Assembly (NCBI GenBank): GCA_963796725.1
Contig: CAWCMT010000012.1
Location: 2,026-66,025, forward strand
DNA from: an uncultured Actinomycetes bacterium
GTDB lineage: Bacteria; Actinomycetota; UBA4738; HRBIN12
Length of the DNA: 64,000 nt
Direction: 5' to 3'
How positions within the stretch are numbered: position 1 is the stretch's first letter; every line of letters begins with the position of its first letter. Made by a program: the position numbers and the translations under genes. Positions 52,910-63,032 of the stretch are shown here, piece after piece. The notes under the pieces are model-generated. The model was not told the origin of the DNA. It made no database searches and was given only the letters and a program-made list of their open reading frames with translations.

Positions 52910-53859
52910 ACGTGCTCCTGATCGTGATCGCGGTCCTGATCCTGCTGGGGATCGGCGTCGCTGATCGGCGCCATGAAGATCGTCCGCGAGTACCAACGGC
53001 TGGTCGTGTTCCGACTCGGACGCGTGCTCGCCACGAAGGGTCCCGGGCTGGTCATCCTGATCCCGTTCGTCGACCGCGCCGTCCAGGTGGACCTGCGCGA
53101 GTTCTACCTGGAGATCCCCCACCAGACGGCCATCACCGAGGACAACGCGTCGATCTCGATCGACTTCATCGTCTTCAACAAGGTGCTCGACCCGCAGATG
53201 TCGGTGGTCTCGGTCGGCAACTTCGCCGGGGCGGCGCAGAACATCGCGGCCACCACGCTGCGTTCGGTGGTCGGCGACATGTCCCTGGACGACGTCCTGG
53301 CCAAGCGGGAGCAGATGAACGAGATCCTGCGCGCCAAGCTGGACGAGGTCACCGAGCGCTGGGGCGTGAAGGTGACCAACGTCGAGATCCGCGAGATCGT
53401 CCCGCCGCCCACGGTGCAGGAGGCGATGACCCGCCAGATGTCGGCCGAGCGGACGCGCCGCGCGGTCGTGACCGAGGCGGAGGGGGCCAAGCAGGCGGCG
53501 ATCACGGTCAGCGAGGGGAACAAGCAGGCGGCGATCCTGAACGCCGAGGGTGAGAAGCAGGCCGCGATCCTTCGGGCCGAGGGTCAGCGGCAGTCGCAGA
53601 TCCTGCAGGCCGAGGGGTTCGCCTCGGCGCTGGAGAAGATCAACGAGGCGGCCCTGGTCGCCGGCACCAACACGATGCGGCTGCAGTACCTCGAGGCACT
53701 GAAGGCGCTCGGCGTCTCGCCGTCGTCGAAGATCGTCGTCCCGATGGAGCTGGCCGGTCTGGTGGCCGGGTTCACCGCGATCGCCCAGGCCGTGAGCACC
53801 GACGGCACCGACGGGGGCGTGCGGTCGGCGGCGGCGGCGAGACCACCGCTATGGGCTGA
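52906..53859 (+). CDS. SPFH/band 7 (stomatin-like) protein; 3' end approximate
   Basis: 'IVREYQRLVVFRLGR...GPGL..LIPFVD', 'TTLRSVVG', 'WGVKVTNVEI', 'AERTRRA...AEG'. Confidence 0.9.
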
Positions 53860-54983
53860 CCGAAACGCCCTCCATGGTCGAGCGGGCAGCGGCCATGCCG
53901 GCCTGCTGCATCGCCAGCTCGAAGTCGTGTTGGGAGCTCACGGCCTGCATCGCGGCCTCGACGTCGATCTTGCCCTGCTTCAGCAGCTCCAGGATCGACT
54001 GATCGAACGTGACCATGCCGTAGAAGGCGCCGTCGGCGATCACATCCTTGATCTCGCTCGTCTTGTCCGGATCGGCGATGCGCTCGGCGATGCGGCCGGT
54101 GTTGATCATGATCTCCAGCGCCGGGGTCCGGCTGCCGTCCAGCGTGGGAACGAGACGCTGGCAGACGATCCCGCGCAGCGTCCCCGCGAGCGCCAAGCGC
54201 ACCTGCTTCTGCTGGTAGGGAGGGAAGAAGTCGATCACGCGGTTCACGGTCTCGGTGGCGTCGACGGTATGGAGCGTGGACATGACCAGGTGGCCGGTCT
54301 CGGCCGCGGCGATGCGCGGCGCGCACCGTCTCGGTGTCCCGCATCTCGCCGATCAGGATCACGTCTGGATCCTGGCGCATCGCGGCACGGAGGGCCACCA
54401 GGAAGTCCTGGGTATCGTTGCCGACCTCTCGCTGGTTGATCGAGGCCACGTCGTCGCGGTGCAGCACCTCGATCGGGTCCTCGACCGTCACGATGTGCAC
54501 GGGCTTCGTCCGGTTGATGTAGTCGATCATGGCCGCCAGGGTGGTGGTCTTGCCCGATCCCGTGGGGCCCGTCACGAGGATCAGCCCTCGGTGCTCGTCG
54601 GCGATCTTGCGGACCGCGTCGGGCAGCCCGATCTCCTCGAACGAAGGACCGCCGAACCGCAGCTTCCGCAGCACCATGCTCACCGACCCACGCTGGCGGA
54701 AGACGTTGACGCGGAACCGCCCCACGTGGGGGATCGAGTAGGCGAAGTCGATCTCGCCGTGCTCGACGAAGCGCGCCTTGCGGTCCTCCGGCACGATGCC
54801 GTCGGCGATCGCCTCGGTGTCCTCGTTCGAAAGGGGCTCGCGGGGCAGACGCTCGAGGCCCTGCGGCATCCGGATCATCGGGGCGGACCCCGCCTTGACG
54901 TGCAGGTCCGAACCCTCGCCGCTCACCAGCTGCGCGAGCCACCCGTTGAATTCCTCGACGATCGGCGTGGTGATGCCGTCCAT
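53849..54983 (-). CDS. pilT: PilT/PilU-family type IV pilus retraction ATPase (frameshift ~54315)
   Basis: 'SDLH', 'RFRVNVFRQRG', 'TGPTGSGKTTT', 'EDPIE', 'AAMRQDPDVILIGEMRD', 'TGH...STLHT'. Confidence 0.9.
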
Positions 54984-55128
54984 ATGTGCGTCTCGCTCCC
55001 TCGTAGGTGGTGCCGCCGGACAGGTACGGCTATCCATCGGCGCGCGGACGCGAAGACTTCAGTCCTGACTACGTCATCGGGGGGAACGATACGTACGTAG
55101 GTCCCGAGGCCCCGATCGGGCTACGCCC

Positions 55129-55807
55129 TCAGTCGCCTCGGGCCACCAGCCGGCAGACGGAGGAACGCTCCGCCTGCGGCTCGAAGGACTCGAGCTTCAT
55201 GGGCGGACGGGAGGCGTCCAGCATCCCCTCCATGAGCCCCTCGTGCACCCGGCACACGACGTCGCGGTGCTCGTCCAGCAGGTCCTGGAAGGGGCACGCG
55301 CGGAAGGTCACCTCGACGCTGCGCCGCCCCTTGCGGCGGAACCGAGGGTCGAAACCGGCAGCCGACAGCGCCGACTGCAGCACCGCGAGATCGGGGCCCG
55401 GGGGACGGCGGGCGCCCGGCTTGGGCGCGGCGCGGCCGACCAGGTAGGCGCCCCAGTCCCGCGCCAGCTCCGTCGCGCGGGCGCGCTGGCGCTCCGTGGT
55501 GGTGAGCCCGGCGAGGATGTCGGCCAGGAGCCGGTAGTCGCGGCCCTGCCGCTCCTCCCGGTCCGTGGCCGACCACAGGACCTGCGGCCGGCCCACGCTG
55601 GCGGCCTTGCGAACCTCCGACGTGGCGAGGCCCACCTCCTCCAGCCGGCGCAGGTGGGGACGGAGCGTGTTGGGGTGCAGGGAGAGCCGCGCGGCGATCT
55701 CCCGCACCGATACGGGGCGTCCCGCTCAGGCGCAGGTAGCGGTACAGGCGGTAGCGGGTGTCGTCGGCCAGGGCCTTGTGGACCTCGATCGGCGCCGGCT
55801 CAGGCAT
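55129..55807 (-). CDS. ArsR/SufR-like HTH regulator with C-terminal Cys cluster (frameshift ~55715)
   Basis: 'KALADDTRYRLY', 'LHPNTLRPHLRRLEEVGL', 'GRP', 'CPFQDL...VVCRVHEG...VC'. Confidence 0.82.
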
Positions 55808-55878
55808 CCCGCCTCCGTCGTAGACTGGATTTCCACGGCACGCGCCGTGCCAACCAAGCTTAGTGGGAGGAACCCCCG

Positions 55879-57018
55879 TTGGTCACCGAGGCAGAGGTAC
55901 GCGAGGCGCTGCGAGGCGTGATGGACCCCGAGATCGGCCGCCCGATCGAGGACATCGGCATGCTCGAGGGCATCGCGGTGGACGGCGACACCGTGCGGGT
56001 GGACGTCCTGATCACGATCGAGGGCTGCCCGCTGAAGGACCGCATCACGGCCGACGTGACGGCCGCCGTCTCGCCGCTGGCCGGCGTCGAGCACGTGGAC
56101 GTGGGGCTCTCGCCCATGAGCCAGGACCAGCGACAGGCGCTCGTGACGAAGCTGCGGGGCGGCGCCGCGCCGGCCGGGGGCGCCGCGCAGCCGCGGATCC
56201 AGTTCCCCCCGTCCACGACCGTGATCGCGGTGGCCTCGGGCAAGGGCGGCGTGGGCAAGTCCTCGGTCACCGTGAACATCGCCGCGGCCCTGGCGGCCCG
56301 CGGCAAGAGGGTCGGCATCCTCGACGCCGACGTCTGGGGCTTCAGCGTGCCGCGCATGATGGGCGTCTCAGGCCAGCCGGTCGGCTTCAACGACATGATC
56401 CTGCCGCTGGAGGCCCACGGCGTGAAGGTGATCTCGATGGGGTTCTTCGTCCCCGAGGAGACGCCGGTGATCTGGCGCGGCCCGATGCTCCACAAGGCCA
56501 TCGAGCAGTTCCTGGGCGACGTGTACTGGGGCGACCTGGACTTCCTGCTGTGCGACCTCCCCCCCGGCACGGGCGACGTCAGCATCTCGCTGGCCTCGTT
56601 CCTGCCGGGTGCCTCCATGCTCGTGGTCACCACCCCGCAGGAGGCGGCGCGCAAGGTCGCCGAGCGCGCGGGCAAGATGGCGGAGCGCACGAACCTGCGC
56701 CCGATCGGCGTCGTGGAGAACATGAGCTACTACGTCTGCCCCCACTGCGGCGGTCGAGACGAGATCTTCGGCAGCGGAGGAGGGCAGGAGGCGGCCGACA
56801 CCCTCAACGTCCCGCTGATGGCGCGGGTGCCCCTGGTGCCGGCCCTGCGTGAGGGTGGGGACGCCGGGGTGCCCATCGTGATCGCCGAGCCCGACGCGCC
56901 CGCCTCGGTCGCGCTGGGCGAGGCCGCCACCGCGGTGGTCCGTGCCACCAGCTCGAACGTGGGGAAGCCGCTGACGCTCATGACGTCCCCGGCCGCGGGC
57001 GGCGCGCACCAGCACTGA
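55879..57018 (+). CDS. mrp: Mrp/NBP35 (ApbC) Fe-S cluster carrier ATPase with N-terminal DUF59-like domain
   Basis: 'VMDPEIG...GCP', 'SGKGGVGKS', 'DADVWG', 'WRGPM', 'DLPPGTGD', 'ENMS...CPHCG'. Confidence 0.93.
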   Translation: MVTEAEVREALRGVMDPEIGRPIEDIGMLEGIAVDGDTVRVDVLITIEGCPLKDRITADVTAAVSPLAGVEHVDVGLSPMSQDQRQALVTKLRGGAAPAGGAAQPRIQFPPSTTVIAVASGKGGVGKSSVTVNIAAALAARGKRVGILDADVWGFSVPRMMGVSGQPVGFNDMILPLEAHGVKVISMGFFVPEETPVIWRGPMLHKAIEQFLGDVYWGDLDFLLCDLPPGTGDVSISLASFLPGASMLVVTTPQEAARKVAERAGKMAERTNLRPIGVVENMSYYVCPHCGGRDEIFGSGGGQEAADTLNVPLMARVPLVPALREGGDAGVPIVIAEPDAPASVALGEAATAVVRATSSNVGKPLTLMTSPAAGGAHQH

Positions 57019-57062
57019 GCGCGCGCCACGCGGTCTGCCGCCCGGTCTGCCGCTCCGGTCTA

Positions 57063-57437
57063 TCAGGCCCCCAGCACGTCGATCGAGGCCCCGGCGAGGG
57101 CGGCGACCGCATCGCTCAACTGCCGCACCAGCACGTAGTCGGTGTCGTAGGTGGAGATGGCGAACACCGACACCCCGGCCTCGGCGAGCGGGTCGAGGAT
57201 CTGCTTGAGGACCCCCACCAGGTTGAAGTCGAACTCCCCCGTGAGGACCAGGGCGCGCCAGCCGCGCTCGGCACGCACGTCGCGAGGCACGGCATCGGCA
57301 GCGCAGACGACGCTGAGCTCGCCCGGGGACCGGGTGATGGAGACGAACCCTCCCCCGGCCCAGCTGGGGCGTGGGGCGTCGGGCGAGAGCCGGCAGACCG
57401 CGAGCTCGCCCGGCATCACCCGCAGCCGCAGGTCCAT
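57063..57437 (-). CDS. ACT-domain protein
   Basis: 'SITRSPGELSVV', 'GWRAL', 'LVGVL..ILDPLAEAGVSVFAISTYDTDYVLV'. Confidence 0.88.
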   Translation of the reverse strand: MDLRLRVMPGELAVCRLSPDAPRPSWAGGGFVSITRSPGELSVVCAADAVPRDVRAERGWRALVLTGEFDFNLVGVLKQILDPLAEAGVSVFAISTYDTDYVLVRQLSDAVAALAGASIDVLGA

Positions 57438-58423
57438 CAGGGCTCCGCGGGTTCTCGGTCGGGCGAGGGCGCGTCGCCCGAAGGGTCATCGGAGCCGTCG
57501 GGCGGGCCGCCGTCCTCCGCGCTCGGCGCCGTCTCCGGCTTCGGGTGGAACGCCCACCACAGCAGCAGCCCGGCGGAGAGGGTGGCCACCACGGCGGCGG
57601 TCCACTGCGATCCGGTGAAGAACCAGAAGCGTTTGTCGATGCGGAGCGAGTCCTCGACGATCCGCTCGATCCCGTACCAGAGGCCGAAGGTGAGGGTCAG
57701 GATGCCCTCGCGCCGCGGGCGCGACTGGAGGAACCACAGGAGCCCGAACAGACCCCACGCCAGGATCATGTCGTAGAGCGCCGTCTGGTGGACGCCCGCC
57801 CCCTGGGCGATCAGGTGGCCCTGCGCGTCGAGCAGCTTGGCCCCGGTGCGCGTGATGATCTCGATGTGACCGCCCTGCAGCTGCGCCTGACAGACGTCGT
57901 TGGCGCAGACCCACGGCGGCGCCAGCGTGCCGCCCTTGTACTGCCACGCGAACAGCCAGCTGGTGGGCTTGCCCAGGTGGTCCCCGATGATGAGATCGCC
58001 GATCCGCCCGATCGCGATGCCGAACGCCAGCGCGGGGGCCACGGCGTCGGCCACCTGGAAGAAGCGGTAGCCGTGACGCCGGACCCTCGGCACGTTGATC
58101 AGCGTGGCGCCGGCGATGCCGCCGAGGAGCGAGATGCCGCCTCGCCAGATCGCGAGCATCTCCCCGAGGTTGCTGAACTCGCTGAAGTGCCCGATCACGT
58201 AGAACAGCCGCGAACCGACGATCGCACCGATCAGCGACCAGAAGGCGATCCCGTTGACCTCCTCGGCCGAGATGCCGCGCTTGGGCCCGATCTTGCCCAG
58301 CAGCCAGGCCCCGAACATGAATCCGACCGCGATGAACAGCCCGTGGGGGGAGATCGCGAACCGATCCCCGAATCGGAACCGGTCGAGGACGGGCCAGCCG
58401 ATGGCGGCGAGTGCGGGGAGCAT
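57437..58423 (-). CDS. lgt: Prolipoprotein diacylglyceryl transferase
   Basis: 'GSRLFYV', 'IWRGGISLLGG', 'AIGRIGD', 'HQTALYD', 'R..ED.LR'. Confidence 0.85.
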   Translation of the reverse strand: MLPALAAIGWPVLDRFRFGDRFAISPHGLFIAVGFMFGAWLLGKIGPKRGISAEEVNGIAFWSLIGAIVGSRLFYVIGHFSEFSNLGEMLAIWRGGISLLGGIAGATLINVPRVRRHGYRFFQVADAVAPALAFGIAIGRIGDLIIGDHLGKPTSWLFAWQYKGGTLAPPWVCANDVCQAQLQGGHIEIITRTGAKLLDAQGHLIAQGAGVHQTALYDMILAWGLFGLLWFLQSRPRREGILTLTFGLWYGIERIVEDSLRIDKRFWFFTGSQWTAAVVATLSAGLLLWWAFHPKPETAPSAEDGGPPDGSDDPSGDAPSPDREPAEP

Positions 58424-58434
58424 CGCGATCGAGT

Positions 58435-59052
58435 CTACCGACGCCAGAACGCTGCGACGGCCCTGCCCATCAGCAGCCCGCTCACGACGTCGGAGGGGTA
58501 GTGGACCCCGAGGTACACGCGGGAGGCCGCCACGGAGACGCCGAGACCGCCGAGCGCGGCCCGCGCCGGCGCGCCGAGACCCAGGTCACGGGCGGCCACG
58601 GTGGTGAAGGACGTGAGGACCGCGGGGTGGCTCGAGGGCCACGAGGTCCCGCTGGGCGGCGCGATCAACCGGCGGACCGTCGCGGGCTCCGCCTCGTAGG
58701 GGCGCGGCCGCGTCACGAGCTTCTTGAGGCCCTGGCCGAGGAGCCACGTGACGCCCGCGGCCGACGCCGCCCTGATCGCCGCTCGCGCGTGGCCGGTGGC
58801 CGCGAGCGACCCGGCCGCGGCGCCCGAGGCGTAGAGGGACCCGAGCTCCGTGACCCCGGCGAACCACCGATCGGCCGAGGGCCCGTGCCCGGCGTTGATC
58901 GCGCCGAACGCCCGGCGGTCGGCCTCCGCGCCGGCCGGGATACGGAGCGCGGCGTAGCCGACGGCGGCCGACGCCGCAGCCAGCGCCGTCCCTCGCAACA
59001 GGTTTCGAGCACGCACGCGCTTCACTATGCTTGCCACGACGACGAGCGTCAC
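58435..59052 (-). CDS. PAP2-family phosphatase (start uncertain)
   Basis: 'KKLVTRPRP', 'SWPSSH', 'SRVYLGVHYPSDV'. Confidence 0.88.
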   Translation of the reverse strand: MTLVVVASIVKRVRARNLLRGTALAAASAAVGYAALRIPAGAEADRRAFGAINAGHGPSADRWFAGVTELGSLYASGAAAGSLAATGHARAAIRAASAAGVTWLLGQGLKKLVTRPRPYEAEPATVRRLIAPPSGTSWPSSHPAVLTSFTTVAARDLGLGAPARAALGGLGVSVAASRVYLGVHYPSDVVSGLLMGRAVAAFWRR

Positions 59053-59081
59053 GCGGCGTCAGGCGGAAGGAGCACTCGAGG

Positions 59082-59312
59082 ATGAGCCGAAGGAGCGGAG
59101 GCGGGGGCCGGGGAGGGCCGAGCGCCGGCGTCATCGTGGCCATCGTCCTGGCGGTGGTGGCGATCATCTTCATCGTTCAGAACAACGGGAAGGGCACGAT
59201 CGACTTCCTGTTCTGGAGCTTCAACACGCGGGTCTGGGTCGCCCTCGCGGTCGTCGCGCTCTGCGCGTTCGTGGCCGGCTACCTGATGGGCAAGGTGAAG
59301 TGGGGCGACTAG
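59082..59312 (+). CDS. Small integral membrane protein (LapA/DUF1049-like)
   Basis: 'AIIFIVQN....IDFLFW' between two TM helices; GGAG RBS upstream. Confidence 0.75.
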   Translation: MSRRSGGGGRGGPSAGVIVAIVLAVVAIIFIVQNNGKGTIDFLFWSFNTRVWVALAVVALCAFVAGYLMGKVKWGD

Positions 59313-59334
59313 CTCCGGGCGCGGGGGTTCCGGT

Positions 59335-59775
59335 TCAGGCGTCCTCGATCTGCCGCTTCTGCGCCATGACGCCGTGTTTCAGCGCGAACTGAGCGCCGCC
59401 GAGCATGTTGAGGCTGGAGGCCCCGAACCCCCCCAGCGGCCCCTTGAACCGGTACTCGATCTCGTGACGCAGCACGGAGCGGCCGTGCGAGAGCGCTCCG
59501 ACCGAGGTCGTGATGTCGGCCTCCAGCAGTCCGTCGAGATGGATCCTCGAGCGCCACGGCGGATCCCACTCGGCCACGTGCGCGCGGACCGTGGTCTGGA
59601 CCGCCATGAACCCCATGTCCACCTCGTAGTCGATGCCGGCCGCCATCCCGCCCTCGGGGATCCGCACGCGCACGATGTGTCGATCCCACTGCGGGAGGTT
59701 GCCGGGGTCGCCCGCCACCGCCCAGACACGCTCGGGCGGCGCCTCAACCTCGACGGAGAATTCGACGGAGGTCAC
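59335..59775 (-). CDS. SRPBCC/polyketide-cyclase-family protein
   Basis: 'SVEVEAPPERVWAVAGDP.NLPQW', 'EWDPP'; GTG start overlaps the upstream stop. Confidence 0.8.
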   Translation of the reverse strand: MTSVEFSVEVEAPPERVWAVAGDPGNLPQWDRHIVRVRIPEGGMAAGIDYEVDMGFMAVQTTVRAHVAEWDPPWRSRIHLDGLLEADITTSVGALSHGRSVLRHEIEYRFKGPLGGFGASSLNMLGGAQFALKHGVMAQKRQIEDA

Positions 59776-60719
59776 GTGAGCGCGGCGCTCCCGCTCGACC
59801 AGCCGCTCCACCAGACGAGGCGTTCCGGGGTGATCCTGACCAGGGCGTCGCCGGCGGGATGGAGATCGGCCGCGAGGGAGCGGACCGTCTTCGAACCCGA
59901 CCCCATGCCCTCCGCGACGTAGCAGGCGCCCGTCCCCTGCACCATGGTCCCCACCATGTCCCGCGCCCGCCAGGCGGACGCGCGGTCCATCGTCAGCGCC
60001 ACCGGGGCGTCGGGGCCGGCGCCGGCCAGCGCGAGCGTCTCGGCGGGAAGCGCCGCGTAGAGCGAGGCGTCCTCGACGGCCCACCGGACGGGGAGCACCA
60101 CCGGGCCGCGCGCGCCGGCGACCGCGAGGGATCCTACGCCCGAGCGCCCCAGCTCGCCTGCCACCTCCCCCGGCAGCCGCGCGAGGGGGTCTTCCGCCGC
60201 CTTCGACCGTCGGAACGTCCGGTGGCTCGTGGTGGCGCCGCCCCAGCGGCCCCGCCCCTCCTGCACGCCGTCCTCGTCCAGCAGCGCGGCTCGCTCGATG
60301 TCGATCCCGACGAACACGCGGCCCGGAGGCGTCCAGGCCAGCGGCACCTGCCTGGCATCGAACGCGTAGCCCGCGAAGAACCGCGCGTTCTTCCGCGAGA
60401 ACCCCGCCGTGGCGCGTGCGATCGAGGTGGCGCCCGCGACCGCGGATGCCCAGGTACCCCGGTCGAGTGCGTCGTAGGTCTTCACGGTCCCGGTGAACGT
60501 GACGGCCATCTCGCCGCTGCGCACCAGGCCGGCGACGCCCGGGTCCACGCGCCAGGCGCGGGTCTTCACCGAGCCGCGCGACGTCGTGAGCCAGATCCTG
60601 CCCGCCGAGTAGGCGAAGACGAGCGGCGTGCAGTGCGGTCCACGCGGGGTCGTGGTGGCCACCGCGCAGAACTGACCCTCCTCGAGGATCCCCTGCACGG
60701 CGGTGGACAAGAAGCTCAT
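59772..60719 (-). CDS. Pyridoxamine-5'-phosphate-oxidase-like (split-barrel) protein
   Basis: 'AVATTTPRGPHCTPL...TSRGSVK...DP', C-terminal 'VRITPERLVWW'. Confidence 0.7.
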   Translation of the reverse strand: MSFLSTAVQGILEEGQFCAVATTTPRGPHCTPLVFAYSAGRIWLTTSRGSVKTRAWRVDPGVAGLVRSGEMAVTFTGTVKTYDALDRGTWASAVAGATSIARATAGFSRKNARFFAGYAFDARQVPLAWTPPGRVFVGIDIERAALLDEDGVQEGRGRWGGATTSHRTFRRSKAAEDPLARLPGEVAGELGRSGVGSLAVAGARGPVVLPVRWAVEDASLYAALPAETLALAGAGPDAPVALTMDRASAWRARDMVGTMVQGTGACYVAEGMGSGSKTVRSLAADLHPAGDALVRITPERLVWWSGWSSGSAALT

Positions 60720-61339
60720 ACCGACCTCACCTTCCGACCTGCTCCCGGCGGGAACGCGAGCATCGCCCCCGTCCAGAGGATATGGCTCCCGAGGCAGGCG
60801 AGCACACCCCCCGACCACCAGAAGAGTCCGCACCAGACGGCCCCGCCCACGATCGCGCCCGCGATGATCGGCAGGCTCCGGCTGGGGACGTTGGCGGCCA
60901 GGTAGGCCAACACGGCGAGCGCGGCGGCCGCGCCGGCGGCCATCCCCTGATCCAGCCGCGCCTGGAAGAGCCCGCGCCAGAAGAGCTCCTCGGCCGGCAC
61001 CATGATCAGGAGGCTCAGCACGATCGAGCGCGCGAGCGTGATCTCGGCGGCCTGCTGGTACTCCCCCGCCACCGCGCGGCGGAACGGCTCCCAGAACGAG
61101 GCGATCCAGACGAACGCGAGCGTGCCGGCGTACAGCAGCGCCCCGCTCAGCAGGCCCACCCCGAGGGCGAGACCGGCCCCCACCGTCGCCCACGCCGGCG
61201 GATGGACGAGGACCGCGGCCACGCCCATGGCGCCCAGCACGATCGGCATCAGGCGCCAGACGTCGCGGCGTCCCGCCGCCACGGCCGCCCAGCCGACGGC
61301 CTCCGCGACCAGCCCCCCGAGCATCACGACGATCTCCAT
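60716..61339 (-). CDS. CPBP/Abi-family intramembrane metalloprotease
   Basis: 'AEELFWRG..Q' and 'SHILW' in a polytopic protein. Confidence 0.8.
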   Translation of the reverse strand: MEIVVMLGGLVAEAVGWAAVAAGRRDVWRLMPIVLGAMGVAAVLVHPPAWATVGAGLALGVGLLSGALLYAGTLAFVWIASFWEPFRRAVAGEYQQAAEITLARSIVLSLLIMVPAEELFWRGLFQARLDQGMAAGAAAALAVLAYLAANVPSRSLPIIAGAIVGGAVWCGLFWWSGGVLACLGSHILWTGAMLAFPPGAGRKVRSV

Positions 61340-61341
61340 CG

Positions 61342-62101
61342 CTACGACGCCAGGAAGCGGGTCTTCACCGCCAGCTCGGCCGTGAACGCGGTCACCACGG
61401 CGAGGTAGTAGAAGCCCGTGGCCGACTGTACGGCGGAGGCGCGTTCGCCCTTCAGGGCCGCGCGGGTGAGCGCCGCGATGAGCGCGGTGGTCCCGGTCAT
61501 CCCCAGCGCGATCCACGGCGCGAGGGCGCCCGCGGTGAGGAGCGGGTTGATCGCCTGCGAGGAACCTGTGCCCTGGAAGCCGCCGCTGATCACCGCCACC
61601 GCCTCCACCCCGACGGCGACCAGCATGATGTTCGTGTAGCGGTTGATCGGCCGCCTGGGGAGGCCGCGATCGGTCAGGTACCAGTGGCCCAGCAGCAGGC
61701 CGTCCGTCACCGAGCCCAGGAAGGCGGCCCCTGCCAGGAGCTGGAAGAGGCAGAGGGCGTAGGACTGCCGACCCGTGGCCGCCATCGCCCCCAACACCGC
61801 CACCGAGACCGCGGCGCTCAGGAACCCGGCGACGCGCGCCGCCACGTCCAGCTTCGCGAACAGCAGGACGGTCGCGATCGCCATCACGCAGAGGGACGCG
61901 AACGCGAGATCCACGGAGAGCTCGCCGGCGCGATCGCCCGGGATCGAGGCCGGCCCTCGTCGACCACCACGCGGTGAGCGCGAGGACGGTCAGGATCGAG
62001 GCCGTGAGCTTGAAGAAGCCCCGCTTGACCTCGTTCCAGAGCGGGACGAACCACAGCAGGACGGCCGCGCCGGCCACCGTCTCCGCCAGCACGAGCGCCA
62101 T
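61342..62101 (-). CDS. Uncharacterised polytopic membrane protein (frameshift ~61940)
   Basis: About 8 hydrophobic helices; motifs 'DGLLLGHWYLT' and 'QSATGFYYLA'. Confidence 0.65.
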
Positions 62102-62227
62102 CACGCCCGCGGATCCCCTCACCCCACACCCCCTCGCATCCGGTCGGTAAGCCTACCGGCCAGCCCGTCGCCCACCGGCCCCGCACGACGGTCCGTCGCC
62201 GCCACTCGCCTGTAGGCTGACTCGACC

Positions 62228-63019
62228 ATGAGCGACTGGCGTACCTACGACGACGTGGCCGAGACCTACGAACGCGTGCACGCCCTGCGGTTCCAGGAGG
62301 CGGCGCGCGACCTGGTCGCGTTGGCCCAGATCCCCGAGGGTGCGCGGGTCCTCGACGTCGGCACCGGCACCGCCGGCTCGGCGGCGGCCGTGGCCGCGGC
62401 CGGGTTCGCGGTGGTGGGCGTGGACGAGTCCGTGGGGATGCTGCGTGTGGCCCGCCGCGAACGACCCACGATCCCCGTGGCGGCCGCCGAGGCGATCGAC
62501 CTGCCCTTCCGCGACAGGGCCTTCGACGCCGCGGTCGGGAACTTCGTGCTGGCGCACTTCACGAAGGTGGAGACGGCGCTGTTCGACATCAAGCGCGTGG
62601 TCCGCGAGGGCGGGAAGCTGGCGTTCTCGTCGTGGGCCGACGCCGTGGACGCCTACCAGGAGACCTGGCAGGAGATGGTCGAGTCGGTCGTGCCGCGAGA
62701 GATGCTGGAGCCCGCCTACGCCGAGGCCGCGCCCTGGCACCACCGGTTCCGCAGCCGGGAGAACATCGAGGAGGTGCTGATCGACGCCGGCCTGCGCCAC
62801 GTGCGCACGGAGCTCGTGAAGTACCGATGGACCTACGGGCTCGACGAGTACCTGGACGGGATGCAGACGTGGGCCACGGGTCGGTTCGTCCGCGACATGC
62901 TCGGCGCGCGCGGCTGGGAGGACTTCATGGCCCGCGTGAGGACGGTGTTCGCCGAGCGCTTCCCCGACCCGCTCAACGACTTCCGCGAGGTCATCCTCGC
63001 GGTCGCCACCAAGGTCTGA
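62228..63019 (+). CDS. Class I SAM-dependent methyltransferase
   Basis: 'VLDVGTGT', 'GVDES.GML', 'LPFRDRAFD'. Confidence 0.88.
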   Translation: MSDWRTYDDVAETYERVHALRFQEAARDLVALAQIPEGARVLDVGTGTAGSAAAVAAAGFAVVGVDESVGMLRVARRERPTIPVAAAEAIDLPFRDRAFDAAVGNFVLAHFTKVETALFDIKRVVREGGKLAFSSWADAVDAYQETWQEMVESVVPREMLEPAYAEAAPWHHRFRSRENIEEVLIDAGLRHVRTELVKYRWTYGLDEYLDGMQTWATGRFVRDMLGARGWEDFMARVRTVFAERFPDPLNDFREVILAVATKV

Positions 63020-63032
63020 GGGCCGCGCGGGG

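Noticed and set aside
51490-54983. nfeD-SPFH pair and a lone pilT as a novel system
   Set aside because: nfeD-stomatin operons and dispersed pilT paralogs are well known, and the two units are convergent with no evidence of linkage.
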